A stretch of 64,000 bases of DNA from assembly GCA_030141605.1 (NCBI GenBank), contig JAQGDQ010000167.1, positions 19,577-83,576 on the forward strand, written 5' to 3'. The notes beneath the pieces were generated by a model, which made no database searches, was not told where the DNA came from, and saw nothing but the letters and a program-made list of their open reading frames with translations. Both the position numbers and the translations under genes were made by a program. Position 1 is the stretch's first letter. Every line of letters begins with the position of its first letter. The stretch is from Tubiluchus corallicola (taxonomy: Eukaryota > Animalia > Priapulida). Positions 1 to 14,524 of the stretch are shown here, one piece after another.

Positions 1-455
1 AGAAAGTCTACTAAGATGTGTTCTTCAGCAATGTCCAGGATTGTCTAATAAGATATGTTCTTCTACAATGTCCAGGATTGTCTAATAAGATATGTTCTTC
101 TACAATGTCCAGGATTGTCTAATAAGATATGTTCTTCAACAATGTCCAGGATTGTCTAATAAGATATGTTCTTCAACAATGTCCAGGATTGTCTAATAAG
201 ATATGTTCTTCTACAATGTCCAGGATTGTCTAATAAGATATGTTCTTCAACAATGTCCAGGATTGTGTAATAAGATATGTTCTTCAACAATGTCCAGGAT
301 TGTCTAATAAGATATGTTCTTCTACAATGTCCAGGATTGTCTAATAAGATATGTTCTTCAACAATGTCCAGGATTGTCTAATAAGATATGTTCTTCAACA
401 ATGTCCAGGATTACTTAATAAGATATGTTCTTCAACAATGTCGAGGATTGTGTAA
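1..455. repeat. 37-bp minisatellite (left-arm copy)
   Basis: TTCTTCAACAATGTCCAGGATTGTCTAATAAGATATG tandem. Confidence 0.95.
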
Positions 456-1280
456 ATAAACTGAGATGTTCATTAATTGTAGACCTTCAATGTTTAAACT
501 AAAAATACCATGCCTATTGTTATAAAAATTGTAACAGGTTATATGCATTTTAGACGAGTTATAAAATTGTAAAAATTTATCAAGCCGAAGCTGCATTGGA
601 TGTAAAGGAGCACAAAGGCTTTAAACAGCATTTTTGTCTCCAAATCACTCCTTTTCAACTGCACCCCGTTTTTAGACTTATACATAAATTCTGACTAATA
701 AGTAGGATACTGCAGTTTATAAATGCAATCTGCTTCACCGTTATCTTTTGAAAAATTATTATATCATTTAATGTATTTCTTTTTTGAGTGTATGCTATAA
801 AAGTTTATTTGGCATTCAAAACACACAGCTGATTGTTGGTACGATATTAGCTGTATTCTTTTTCTCTTAGTTTGAAAATTGCGTAAATCATTAGATGTTT
901 TTGGGTTTTTCGTTTTTTAGGTATACGTGGTACTGTTACAAGGGAACAGGGGCCATGCCTGAAGCTAGTTCCACTGCTTTGGCATGTTATAGTAACTATA
1001 CTGTTCAGCTGCCCTTTACAGGTATGTGAAATTAATCTTCCGAAGGAGAAAGAATGATAAAGTAAAAGGGTAAGAGTAAGATAACAGTATAGACTGTTAA
1101 TTGTCAAGCCCTGGACAATTCTTAGTTCAAGGAAAGATTAGTACCAAGATTGGTCTTGAATTGATCAGTTTTTTGGATATCAGTTTAACAGTTTTGTCTT
1201 TAGATCATATGTAACTTATTCATTGTATGTAAAGGAAATTTTGTAATGAAAGATGGTAATGCAGCAGCACTAATCCTAAC

Positions 1281-1838
1281 TTAAGGAAGAACCAACTCTC
1301 GAACAACATTTATTGCCTCTTAATATACAATTTAAAATATTGAGATGTACGCACAATATATGTGCATAGAATGCCTTGCTTAAAAATGTAAAAGAGATTT
1401 AAACATTTTTTATCTCCCGCCAAATGATCGTGGCTGCCAGCATATTTGAAAAAACGACGTAAGCTGGTGACTGCTATCCAGCATGAATGCTGTGAAGGCA
1501 AACTGTGATGAAGGTATGCATTGAGATACAACTTTCAGATACACATGTAAACCTGCGAGCATGCAATATATACCGGGTGGGTTGCTTAGTTTACAGAGTT
1601 TGCTCTATAAGTCAAAAAATGATTGCTTAAGCACTTGGCAGAATTACTGTTTATATTGCGCATTAACCAGATTATGCCATTTTTTACCAAAATGAGTGCG
1701 CCCAAGCGTGAAGTGATCGCAATTTTAAATTGAAATTATTAATTACACGAAGCGCTTATCATAGTTTAATTGCTGAAACTTTTCAACATTTTTCTCAAAT
1801 ATTAGAATAAGCTCAACTTCCCTTGACTTTTGCTTTAA
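1281..1838. mobile_element. TTAA-flanked MITE family (Kolobok/piggyBac-like); related copies ~6210-6781 and ~46390-46912
   Basis: TTAA at both ends, imperfect TIRs; shared core GAGTGCGCCCAAGCGTGAAGTGATCGC in all copies. Confidence 0.55.
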
Positions 1839-2857
1839 AGGTTTGCCTACTGAACAAACATTTTCTGAAAATGTTAATTGGTTTGTAGGTTTACCAAAAA
1901 CAAAAACACAAAAGCAGTGCTTGTTCTTGCTGAGCCACCCAAACAGTAAAACTTTATTTAGACTTAACTAAATTCTCTATATTATTGGTGAGAATGTTGG
2001 GTTATAGAACTAAAAGTTTGCAGATCAAACCCAGGCTGAATTCCAATAATTTCCTATTTATTTATGTTTGAAAAATTTGTAAAGTTTTACATAGCTAAGT
2101 TTCCTTTCCTCAAATAATTTGTAAATTTCTGATTATGTTTTATAAGAAAAACGCAAGCAAATGGATTTACTAAACAGACATCTGGGTTTCAAATCTGGTT
2201 TTCTATGTGAAAACTTTAACACAGTTCACTGAGCCCAACTTCTTATGTTTGTTTCAGAGGCGTCTTTCACAATTCCTGAGAAGAGTTTAACGTTGTTTTC
2301 AACTTTGACTTTTGTTCTCTTTTTTGGAAAGGCAAACCGGACTGTCCAGTCTACAAAACAAATTATAAATACTTACCTTGGAGACAGACCTGTTATTAAA
2401 ATAAGGTAACATTCAAATAAACTGGTCATTTTTCTGTTTCAGCATGTTTGTTATTTAATTAATTTTTCGCAAAAAATATGGATTCTAATTTAATTGGATA
2501 CAATAGTAGTATTGGTAGAATACTCAGGACATTTTTGAATATTTCAGTTTGTTTAGAATAAGGGAAAGGAGATAGTAAAACAGCTGCCAGAATTTTGGAT
2601 GATATGGGCTCTGACAAACTGCTATGTTTCTGATAATCGAGTATTAGTTTAATTCAACAAATTTTAGAGTTTCTTCATAACAAAAGTCACTGATGGAGTA
2701 TAAAATTTATTCCTTTATCTATTCATTAGTGCGACCATATCAGCCAGTTTGTAGTATTTCTACTATGTACAATATATGTATGCATTCTGAAATGCCTTCA
2801 AGCTTGTACTTATATATGCGTGCTTGTATTAATAAAAATTTACAAGTGATTCAATTA

Positions 2858-3230
2858 GCCTTTTCACAGTTTCAGTGATTGATGACGATCGTGAAAACGT
2901 CAAAAGTTAAGTGAACCACGCAATATATTTTTGTACACTTTGCATCGCCTTTTGTGTTAGTAAAATTTTTTTCAGCTAGGTAGAACCTTAGCTAGTTCAA
3001 TTTTTTTTTGCTCACAAGCAAGATCCTGCTAGTAAATCACTCTATACACAGATTAATACATAATTAAGTAATGTCCACATAAAACAATTGAAGTTACTGA
3101 ACTGATGCAGTAGACGGCTTCGCTTTACCCACATGTCATGTGACGGTTGCAGTTAAGATGCTTTGCTGTTGTACACTTAACCTTTGACCTACAGCAACTG
3201 CACATGTTCACAACGAAACTGTGAAAAGGC
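2858..3230. mobile_element. PIF/Harbinger-like MITE; mirror 41188-41560; related copies ~18730-19035 and ~54070-54305
   Basis: TIR GCCTTTTCACAGTTTC / GAAACTGTGAAAAGGC with TTA on both flanks; shared internal motif TTACTAGCAGGATCTTGCTT. Confidence 0.75.
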
Positions 3231-6200
3231 TTATTGCAAAAGTTAGTTAACGTATTCTGGCTAAGCAGAGGCCTAAGTTCAAACCCCAGCAGAGGTTGAC
3301 TTTTTGAACAACTTTCAGTGCAAAAATTAAGTTGAAAACAATTTGGTCATGCAAACAATACAAAATTTCACGTTTCATTTAGGTGCTTAAAGAACTGTGA
3401 AGCAAAAGCCAACCATGAGGAAAATCTTGTTCTGCAGGCCGAATGTACAAGCTGTGGAGAAACCTCTCTGCATTATGTTTGGTCGGTCAAGACTAGTAAT
3501 GACCACTTATTTGACATTGCTTCGATGTCATCGTTTTGTTCAGAGACTGATATCTTCCTGATAAAGAAAAATGCATTTGAAGAAGGAGAAAATTACACAG
3601 TTGAAGCGAAAGGTAATAACTGTAAGCAGTGTTTTGTACATGTTACACGATGCATGAGCAAAATGCAAGAATGACTGTTTTTCAAAACATGAACAGAATG
3701 AACGATTTTCCATAATAATATCTGAGACAAAGATGAAGGAAACATTGGAAGATAAAGGAGCTAACAGAGTTTATTAACAATTTATTACCTGTTTGTTTTT
3801 ATTTATTTAAGTAGATTAAGGTAGATATTTCGAAAGTAGATGTAGATACTGTAGATATCTGTAGAAGCTGAGGAAAATAAATTAAAGGTAGGTGAGAAAA
3901 AGGTAGTTGTTCCAAACACTGACTGTAAGATTGGTAAGAATGGGCCAGACACTTGTATAGGATGATTTGCCAGTTTGTTCATGTTTCTGTTTTCTGTTTT
4001 ATGTGATCCATGTATGTGATGATATCAATGTCAGTAGTTTTTCTGCTTATTTCTTTCAAAATTTTCATAAACATTGTCATGTGTCGGGCTGAAACCTGAC
4101 TTGCTAGCCTAAGTACATGTGTGGAGAGTAAAATTAAGTCACCAGTGAACTGTTATTGCACCTGCTGTTCGTGACGAAGGCATTAAAGTATATTCTAGTT
4201 TATGCAAACCTGATATCGCGAGAACAGTAGTTTAGAGATTTAAAAGCAACTAAAGTAAATTCTTTACCACTGAAGTGTACAGTTGCCTGAGCTGATATTT
4301 GAACTAATTTGTAAAATGTTCTGCAGCATAATCAGGGCAGGATTATTCTATAGACTAGTATAGACTGTGGCACAGGGCCGTTCAGGCTTGGGGCCCTCAA
4401 GAGGGCTGGATTATCCTATACACTAGTATAGGCTACAATGCTGGAAACTTGGGACCCTCAAGCTTTGGTGAAAAGTCTGTTTTTTTACTATAGTTGTGTT
4501 GAAATACGTGTTAATTTGTTTTGCAACAAATAGTAAAATAGTAGTTTTTCTTAAACAATATTTTTATTGACAAACAAAAGATAGTAATTCTAGTTTATTT
4601 AAAGAATTTGCTAGTTCACTTCAAGCTACGTAAATGTCGCGAAAATATATCATGTATGAAAAACATTTAAGTGTCAAGAGTTAGAGGGTGACTCCGTCAC
4701 AGGGGGCTCCATAATTTCATTAGTCTGTGCCTGCTTATAATGTATGTAATTTATTGTATACTCACTATGGCATTTTACTACTACTGGTACTACTTATTTA
4801 TACTAATATCAGATACATTGTCATGTCATTAATGCTGTTTTGTTTAGGTCATCTGAAAAGTGGTGGTTTTGGAATGGCTACACACGAGCTTTATGTTAAT
4901 GAGCGGCCTGTGCCGGCAAATTGTACTGTTATGCCGGTTAAAGGTAAGTCTTTATCACATATGCTCAACATTAGCCATGACATGTCCTGTGCAGTTTTAA
5001 ATTCTGCATCTTCTTGAAAGATATACTAAAATTTGAATATCTAAGAAGTTTTTGCACCTCTTCTGTTTATTTGGAACAATTGGCAGCTTACAATCTTGAG
5101 TTTTGACCATCGTGCATATTTCTGCTAATAAAAGCTCTTTTTTCTACATCTATTAAGGCATTGCTGTGGTTACCGAATTTTCTGTTGACTGTGAGAATTA
5201 TATTGATGAAGACGTTCCATTAACATATGAATTTCACTACACAAGGGGCAACGAACTGAAACATGGTATGTATTATTTATCTAAATGTGCAATATATTGC
5301 TTATTATTAGTAAATTTAAGGGTATTGTTGTTGTTATTATTATTATTATTTTTTTTTTAAGGGTATCGAAGTCCAATTAAATACTGATCGATATTCTTAT
5401 CAGTTTAAAATTTATCTTACTCATCTGACAATGTCTGACTCTAGTATTCATCTTTTATTAATGTATTGTTTACCATGGCAACAGTATTTGTAAAGTGCAT
5501 TACTTCACTTAAGCGGTTCAGTTATGAAATTGTTAATAATTGACAGAGCAGCATTTCAAGTTGTTTCCTTTCTTCTTTCTAAATAGAAAAATGTTTAGCT
5601 GCACTATAGCAAATAAAGATAAAATCATTTTAGTTTGCAGGGTTTTGTAATTTGTCATATTGTATCAATGGTGTGTCAGCTAAAAATAAGCTCAGGTTAA
5701 CAGTTTGGCTGTGGTTATCCAACATTTTAGGATTATAATAATCATACCTCCGTTGTCAAACGTCCCCGTACTCGTACAAAACGGTTTTCGACCAGAAAAT
5801 TCGAGCTGAAATTGTCTGAAAATGCATGCACGGCGAACCGAGTAGAGCCGAGTGTAACCGACCACGCCCGAGAGTAGTCACGCATAACATTTGAATCGCC
5901 TAACATCGCTAAGTGCTTTCTCCACTTCTTTTTTATGGGTTTTTTCGTGCATGAATAATTATGTTTTTCTTTGTGAGTAATTCTATTAAGTTTTTCTTAT
6001 TAATTATATCATATTGACTGTTTGAATAAACATTTTTGCATTATTTTATTTCGTTTTAGTAATACTTTACAGTTCATTTGGTGCTTGAGAACAGATTATT
6101 TGTTCCACACTTTTACATTATTTCTTATGGAAATCAGTACTCAACCAAATCGGTTTTCAAACACTCTTTAGGAACGAATTGTAGTCGAAAACAGTGGTAC

Positions 6201-7373
6201 TACTGTATATTAAAGGAAAGGATAAGTCACTTAAACTTAGAAAAATGTAACAAATAAATTTTTAAAAAGCTGTCTACATATCGTAAAGTTAATTTATGCT
6301 ATCACTGTATAGAAATTTTCGAGTGTAGTGGTAGTCGTCATTCACTTGAAAATTACAACGTAATTGTTGGACTTCGTGACTTTTTATAAGCGCAAGATGG
6401 CTTTCCGTAAACACGCAAATGCTTAAATTCACTCAAACATCTGCAGCTTATCTAATATTCATGCAAAAATATCGCAATATTAGCTATCTATTTTTTTTGC
6501 AAAAACTTATACTTTTTACGGAAATTGACGGTGCACTACTTTCCTTCAGTCAATGAACGACATCATTGGTAAAAGAGTGGAAGTAGAAAATGGGAGCGCC
6601 CAAATGTGAAAAGATTGTGACTTTAAGCTTTCTTCACTTAATTATACTAGGAGCTTATCATGCTGTTATTACTAAATTCTTCGATTGTTTTTTGTGAACT
6701 TGAAATAAGCTTTTTATACAGACACTGCATTGTACATGTATAAGCAATAAACTCATAGAGAAGTCTCGGCTTTTCCTGTAATTACACTGAGATTAAGATA
6801 CAAAGAATGCTTATCTAAATTTATGACAATCTGTTTCAGAGACATTATTACACTACGGTTCTGAGCCTAAACTTCCACCTACTCTCCTATCTCCTGGCTT
6901 GGCAGAGAGGAATTATACAGCAGAATTAGTGCTTATGGTGTCGGATTCATATAAATCAGCTACTTGGTCGAAATTTAATGTCACGGTAAACACTCTGGTT
7001 TATACTAGTTACATTTAAGTCTGATTATTCTTTATGTTCTGCATAAGTATGTTGCATAATTTTTATATAACAAATTTCTTATTTATTTGTAGATTTAATC
7101 AGTTTTGTTAATGTATAATTTGTATGTAAACAACATCAGGCTTTCGGTTTGTCTCCATTTGCATTAGTTATGCTGCATTTCCTCTGCCACAGAGAGATAG
7201 TAAAAATTAGCCTGTTTTCATGTGCAACAATTTTATAATTAAAACTAGCTGATTTAGTTTTAATTATTAATTAGATGTAGTTCTATGAAGCTCGTATTTC
7301 GAATCAACGATAACACTTTAACGAACATATACTGAGATATGCACGGTAAAGTTTTTGAACCACAAACAGTGGC

Positions 7374-7374
<1 letters not shown>

Positions 7375-7454
<80 letters not shown>

Positions 7455-7478
7455 CGTCATCATCAATCATCATCATCA
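7375..7478. repeat. (ATC)n microsatellite; shorter in right arm (~36976-37043)
   Basis: Direct reading; the length difference shifts the arm offset by 36 bp. Confidence 0.95.
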
Positions 7479-8112
7479 CATGCCTATTACATCTATTGTA
7501 GGCAGTCGGCAGGCAGTATTCTAAAATAAAAGAAATCTGCCCTCAAGACAGATAAGCACAGCAGTAATCCCGCAAAAAACTAGACGCTGCTATGCCAGTG
7601 GCTTGTTAGGACCACTGCCGTTAACTTCAATTATATAGATAGTGAATGTAACATGGAAATTTTTTTTCGGAAAGACACAGACTAATAAACCTAGAATTAT
7701 TTGTAAAACTTTCCAAGACTTGTACAATGGAGAACATCTCCAACGAGAATAAGAATGTTCATGTGGAGTTTTAAACACGGTGTAAAAAATCAATCTTATT
7801 ACAATAATATCATTGGATTATTTTCTGTCAATATTGTTATTGCTGTCATTGTCGTATTGTTATTTTCTTCTCGAATATTGTTTCTTTGTTTTTGCCCTTT
7901 TCATTATTTTTTGGTAAGTTTACAACGGTAGCATTAACGTTGTATGTGCTCGATGGATATTGCAGGTGTACCCGTACGGGCATGCCGATCTCCAGTTCCA
8001 GTTCGCAACAGTTCCTGAAATGGACGTTTACGATGCGTTGAAAAAGCTGACCGTTTCAAGTGACTCTGATGGACCAAGTAAAGTTGATGAATTGTTAAAG
8101 GCCGGCGACATA

Positions 8113-8425
8113 CAAAGTACATAAGTGATTTTGTGATGATTAAGAGTTGTTGCTAGCTTACAATGTCCGAATCTATTTAAGCATAGATAACGACGACAAT
8201 GACGAAAACCACGATGGTGACCACGACCACGATGACGGTGTGCAAAGAACATAAGTGATTTTGTGGTGATTAAGAGTTGTTGGTAACTTACAATGTCCGA
8301 ATCTATTTAGGCATTGATAACGACGACGATGACGACAACCACGACCACGATGACGACATGCAAAGAACATAAGTGATATTGTGATGAATAAGAGATATTG
8401 GTAACTTACAATGTCCGAATCTCTG
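8113..8425 (+). repeat. ~120-130 bp tandem repeat x~2.5 beginning at a splice donor; mirror ~36030-36341
   Basis: CAAAG(T/A)ACATAAGTGAT..TTACAATGTCCGAATCT occurs three times, with GAC/ACG-rich spacers. Confidence 0.8.
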
Positions 8426-8757
8426 CAATGACCACGACGACAACAACAGCAACAACATTGCTTTGTATATTAAAAGAGAAAGAATTGTGATGTTTTTTTG
8501 GGTTTTTTCAAGAGTAGCATAATGTGTACATATTACATTATGAGTGATGTCACAAGATGACCTCAGGTGACCTTGATTTATGTGTTTTATTTCACTTGGT
8601 AATGCATTTCTAAATGGCTTTCCTTTTTTCATAAATGCAAGATCTTTAGAGGAGCGACTGCCATTTCGATTTTCAACCAAATTAATTGAATTAGCTGTGA
8701 GGGTTAGTTGTTGTAGATTGGATAAGTGCATATAGATATATAAACATAAACAGTATA

Positions 8758-9378
8758 CCGTATATACTCATGTACAAGTCCAATTTTTGGGAGGCGATTT
8801 TAAGGTGAAATTTTTGGAGGTCGAGTTATACTTACGATATGTTTTCGGGAGATTTCGCCAAAGAGTCATCTACAATACGAATATGTAAAGAAATAATCCT
8901 TCATTATACGCTGGACTGAATGAACAATCATACTGTGATACTTCACATCAGAGAATGTTCGCAACTTCACATTACTTCACAAAATTCACAAATATGACTG
9001 TAATTTATTTTAATGTATGTGAAATTAAGTTAAAATTTATATATTATCGGTAAATAAACTAGCGATGGAGCACTCGATCAGAACATGGAAATCGCCAATG
9101 TTGTGCAGGTGCTGCTGCCTATCGGCTTCCGCAGGAAGTTTTCCACTGGCCTTGTATATGCGTGTTTTATTGGCAAAATATCGATTACCAGCATACATGC
9201 ATAAATTTAACGCAACTATTGATTTATTATTCGGCCATAGTTGACATCATTTACTCTGGAAGATCTTAATATTTTATGGTCGACTTGTACACAGGTAATA
9301 TATAAAATGATGCAATTTCTGATCTTAAAATGCACATCGACTTGTACATAAGGTCGACTTGTACACACGTATATACGG
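8758..9378. mobile_element. Non-autonomous Tc1/mariner (Tc2-like) element; mirror 35076-35696
   Basis: TIRs CCGTATATACTCATGTACAAGTC / GACTTGTACACACGTATATACGG flanked by TA on both sides. Confidence 0.8.
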
Positions 9379-10682
9379 TAATTAAAATATGTATATTCGG
9401 TTCCAGTGTATAGTTATGCTAATTGCCTATTATGGTCTATTTGCATCCTTCAATAGAAGTGAAGCAAGTATAGCCTGCATTCATGTTCCCCTGCTTTCGT
9501 GTTCTTCACTCCATCTGAAATTGTCGCCTCTGGAACTTTTTGTAAATTTGTCAGTTTTGCCAGTATGTAAATTTGTCAGTTTTGCTAGTATGAGTAGTGC
9601 CGATGTGGCGAGGTCGTTTTGTGTTGAAAATATTTTCATGCCGATTCTATCTGTACAATAGAAGCGTATAAATGTTTGTTTGACTAAATACAGTGCTACA
9701 AAAAATTACTAATGGTTATGTCTAAGAACTGTTTCTGTTGTCGTCGAGTAATGTCAAGTAAAGGCCACATTGACTATTAAGATGTTTTTTTCCAAATTTA
9801 GTGCCACCCAAGGTGGTATTTACCCAAATTGCATTAAGTAGTAGAAGTAGTAATAATAGTATTGAGGGAATTTATCAGACGTCCCTATCACCTCGGGCCA
9901 TAATGGTTTTCTACATATTTGCTTATACTTTGCTGCATTTCTATTTATCATAGTTAAGAAAGGGCTAATCTGCTGTTGACTCTAAATATACAGAGTTGGC
10001 TTTTTAAAAAATCTTGTATTTTACTGATAGTTTTACTGTTTACTGATGTGATTGCAGTGATAGTTGAAACATCTAAGTTTTTTGCATACCATGGTCACCT
10101 AAATTGTGTCTCTGACTAAGACCTTTTGCTGTTTTTTTAAAGCGGATATTATTACAAAAGTTTAGTAGTCTTCTTTAGGTATTGCAACTATAGTGAATGT
10201 TGCGACATCTGTGCTGAATGCGAATGTGACGCGTCTCACGCGTCATGACGGCGTCTCACCAACCAAAAAGCATAAAACTTGGCAGGAAAAAGAAGAAGAG
10301 CGAGCATTTCTGCAGAAAAAAGCTCAGGTAACAATGCGCTGAACGCTTGTAGGGAAATTTCTTTGCAAAGAGGGACCCAGGAAACTCTCTTCTTTTGCAA
10401 ACACTCTTTCCACGACCAATAACTGGAAGTTAATTGTAGGTCTAATTTTGGGCATTTTTTGCTGGACCGTTGTTATGATGTCATCCCAATGTACTCTTTG
10501 TTTATAAATTGTTGGCTTGTAGAGACATAGTGCACTTGTGCAGGCAATGAAAGTCAGTAAAATGTTTGATCTATGACCCAAGAATTATCAATTTTTGTTC
10601 GTGGAATTGAACTGTATTCTTCTACATTGTTTTTTAATGAAAATATCGTTTCGTTTCACTTTGCTGGATCACATTAGTGTCA

Positions 10683-11270
10683 TTAAAGGAAGACAGGATG
10701 ATTTTTCATATACTACACCATTTTCAAGTTGGACAAAAGTATGCATTTTAACACAATTAATACTGCAAAAGCATTTCTGATAATTAAATAATAGATTAAA
10801 AACTTAATTAATGGCTTGCAAGCCCAACTATTGATGAAATCACAAACGAACATAATTTTTAACATCAAAAATATTCCATGAGCATGTAGCGTGTTTGTGG
10901 GGCAAAAATTGAAGTACAGTGCTACTGTAAGATATTGTACTAAAACTAGGCATATTTTAAGATAAAAATTCATATTACAAATTTACCGCTGTGTTCACAC
11001 ATGAGCTGTCGAACGTGTGCAGTTTGTTGTAAACTAACACGTCTGAACTGAGAGGTACAGCACCTGTTTTTTGTGCAATGTGTTTTCGAAATGCAGGCGC
11101 TAGTGCCTATCTAACTAGTGAACAACTAGCGAAATGCATGTAACAGCGATGAACTTGTGGCTCGAAAGCAAATTTGTGTTTGTGTGATAACAATTCTTTC
11201 ACGTAAGTCATTTTCAAATAAATAGCATGTTTCCTACAATATTTTAACGAGTAGATTGTTTTGACCTGCA
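10683..11270 (+). mobile_element. Dispersed repeat starting TTAAAGGAAGAC; diverged copy at ~49556-50105
   Basis: About 550 bp alignable by eye between the two loci (TTCTGATAATT.AATAATAGATTAAAAACTTAATT; AGAGGTACAGCAC). Confidence 0.65.
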
Positions 11271-13440
11271 GTTTAAGACGGGATCCGGTTTTGCTTTAAG
11301 CATGGACTTGCTGCATGTATTGAAGGAAATAGCTGTGATTTGTCTTTTATTAGCGAAAAGTTGTATACATTTTAAGTCCATGAATTTTTTTCTATGCAAT
11401 TTTTTATTTTGTTAATTACAGGTAAGAGCATCACTAGTGAACGTTGTGGCTAAGATGCCTGTAGACAGCATGAGTGCTGTGAAGCAGACGTCAACTATTC
11501 TGAGTCGAGCCGCCGCAGTCGAAGCCGAAATGACAGCGAAAACTAAGGTTTGTTTAATCGTGAGTCAGATACTCCATTTACTTTTTATGTGACTCAATTA
11601 CTTGACTTGTCTCTACTTTTGTTGGTTTTCTACAGAGAAAGGAGTTTCAAAAGTTTTAACAAGGTTCTTTCCAAATTTATTCTGAGACTTAAATTGAGAC
11701 AAGAGCATGAACGTGGTCCTGAAAAAGTGTTTATGATAGACCTAACAATTAATATATGAATCATGTTATAATATTTTCTGAATGCAAGGTAAATGGCTGA
11801 GTGGTCACAGTATACTAAGTGAATGAAGTTAAGTGACCCCGAGCTTAGTTCATAGGTGGATAGTGCAAAAAACTGTGTCTAGACAGGCTGCTTATGGATA
11901 TTTACCTAGATGAAGTAAGATGTGTAAGATTGCTAACAATACGAAGACATCACTGCCAGTTTACTGTGTATTTTTCAGGTTTTTCCATTTGAATGAGCAA
12001 GATTCCAGCCCCCTCCCTCCCACAATCATGTACATTACGTAGGGCCCTATACTGAATGCTGAATACTGAATTTTGCGATAAACTGTAAAAACGAGTGTTA
12101 TAGTTGTAAATTAGTTTTTGTGTAATTCAACAGTTTAATCTCAAAATTAAAAACTTTTAAATGGTTTAATTCACCCCATTTTATTAATTATACTTTGCAA
12201 TGACTTTATTTGAGCTGTCGTTCAACATTAAGTCTACGTTACATTTACATTATTAGCTTTTAATCTTCTTCACTTGTGGCTCAAAGAACAAGAAAAGGGG
12301 TAACTGAAGTAGGTTTAAGAAAAATCGCCTTAAAAATAATATTACTTTATAGCAATTTTATGCATATATCGTACCTGCGTTAAAAGGAGTTTTTGTTTTT
12401 TTCCATTTCCTACAACACTGTTCCGACCACGCTAATACATGGGGTCATATACATACAATGTAAATGAGGGGGTTGAAAAGGCAATGTTAAATCTTATCTC
12501 AAAAAACTTTCCATACAAAGTTATGTTACTTAGCATTTCTCTTACCTGCTTAAAAGACTTATGTAACTAGAAAGGACAATTATTATTTATTTAAAATGTT
12601 TTCACCAATTGGTAATATGTCGTTTTCTGACCCTCCAGGGTGCACCAATGACTAACTAAAATGATTTTTTCATCTTATTGACAAGATTCAGTGACGCGTG
12701 TGCCACGAATGTTCTGATTACTTTTTCAAACTTTACACAATGTCATCTAAACTTGTTTCAAATGACTTATCACGAGAATTGCTGCATCTAACTGTCATCT
12801 CTTGAGTTTAAATTTACATGTTTTATACAGCGTTACTGCCGACACAACGTGGTATAAAATTTAAATTTCAAATTTTTTAGGCTTTGTATAAGTGGAGGGT
12901 TTACACTGTTTCCCGTGGAGCCCATCAATGCATTAGTCAATTTCGATAAAAGTAAACATTTTATTACTGTGTATTTAACTCCCTGTGCCATTCTGCTAAT
13001 GAGTTGTTGGAGACGTGTAATTAATTTTGTTTGCTTTGATAGATGGTTGCCATGGACAAGTTTCAGGAAATTGGAAAGGCTTTAAAACGTAATGCGATGG
13101 AACATGTTCCGAGCTCTTGCGATTTAGAAGATTCATCTAGGTATTTTGTCATTCAGCCAGTCATCTTCCTATGACCCCCAATTTGATGCTGATGCAAGTT
13201 GCATGTCTGTAGTAAACATGGTGTTATCCTTAGGTCATAATGTTTGTCTTTATTAATGAGCTGAAATTATATAACAATATCAAATTTAGGTACCTAGGTA
13301 GGTGGCAGAAGATGTGATAACGCCATTATAATGCAAGGTATGTTGTGATTTAGTCGTGATTTTGTTATCTGACTTCATGCTTTTTTCGCCCGTGCATGCC
13401 AGCAGCAGACGACGCTCCATTTTTTGTTAATCCCAGCAAC

Positions 13441-14524
13441 TAGGGATGTTGACGATAACAATATGTATCAATAATTGTCATATGGATAATTGTGGATTAT
13501 CGTATCCTTACTAAAGATTCATTTTTATCCGTATCATATTGATAATAATCTAGAAATATCGTTATCGTATCGAATTGCGCGCGTATCATTGCTTATCGCT
13601 TACCTGTATAAAATCGCTTCACTTTGTTTTTCCATTTATTTAGATTAAGTACGCAGAAAAATTGACAAAAAGAATTATTTAAAATTATAAGCTCGTCAGC
13701 GCCGAATCATTTTCTTGTACTTTCCCCTAGCAATAGCGGCTATCTTCATTCTGATTTTTGAATCATACTGACGCATGATTGCCAAATACACTGTACAGTG
13801 TACCGTATACCCTATACGCATGCCTTGCACTCCGTCAGCAGCGACTGACTGTTTAGTAGAAGTCGTGACTGAGAAACAGTACAGCGGAATTATCAGAAAC
13901 ATTTCCCGTCTGTAAGTACTGCAAGAAAATTACACACAATTGTGGCTAAACATTTGAAAGAGGCATATGTCAATGCTAATTATAATACAGATGTAATTGC
14001 CAAATGAATCATTGCATCTGCTTGGTTTCTTAGTTCTTGCTCTGCAAGCAACAATGGGCTGCTCTTGCCAAACTACCCACCTCATTTACATAAACACTTT
14101 GTATTTATGCATTACTGAGAGCACATGATAATATAATTGACTATCTGTGACAGATTGGATTCGTGAAGCTAGTAGCTCTTATAGTAGTTGCCTATATTTA
14201 TAGTACTACCAACTTAATCTGCCAATCTGCAACTTAAAGTGTTAAAAACTTAATATAATTATAGTTAGATACCATGCCTCTTTATTAGACATAAAGACAC
14301 AAAAGACTTGTGTTTCATAACTAGCAGCCATTTAAGTACACAACACTTAATAATTTTACTTATTAATGATACTTTTTCTGTTGTTCATAAATTGTCTTTT
14401 TTATCGCTAGCAATAATTTGTCGTATCATATTGTCTAAAAATGGATCATCATTATCGTATCATTATAAAAGTATCGTATCGCATCGTTATCATGTCGCCA
14501 AATTTGCACCATTTAACATCCCTA
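13441..14524. mobile_element. hAT-like MITE; mirror ~29917-31015
   Basis: TIR TAGGGATGTT / AACATCCCTA, 8-bp flanks CCAGCAAC / CCAGCAGC, subterminal ATCGT repeats. Confidence 0.75.

Noticed and set aside
7260-7524. Poly-Met / poly-Ile ORFs (and VC/HT ORFs at 54550-54840)
   Set aside because: Microsatellite translations.
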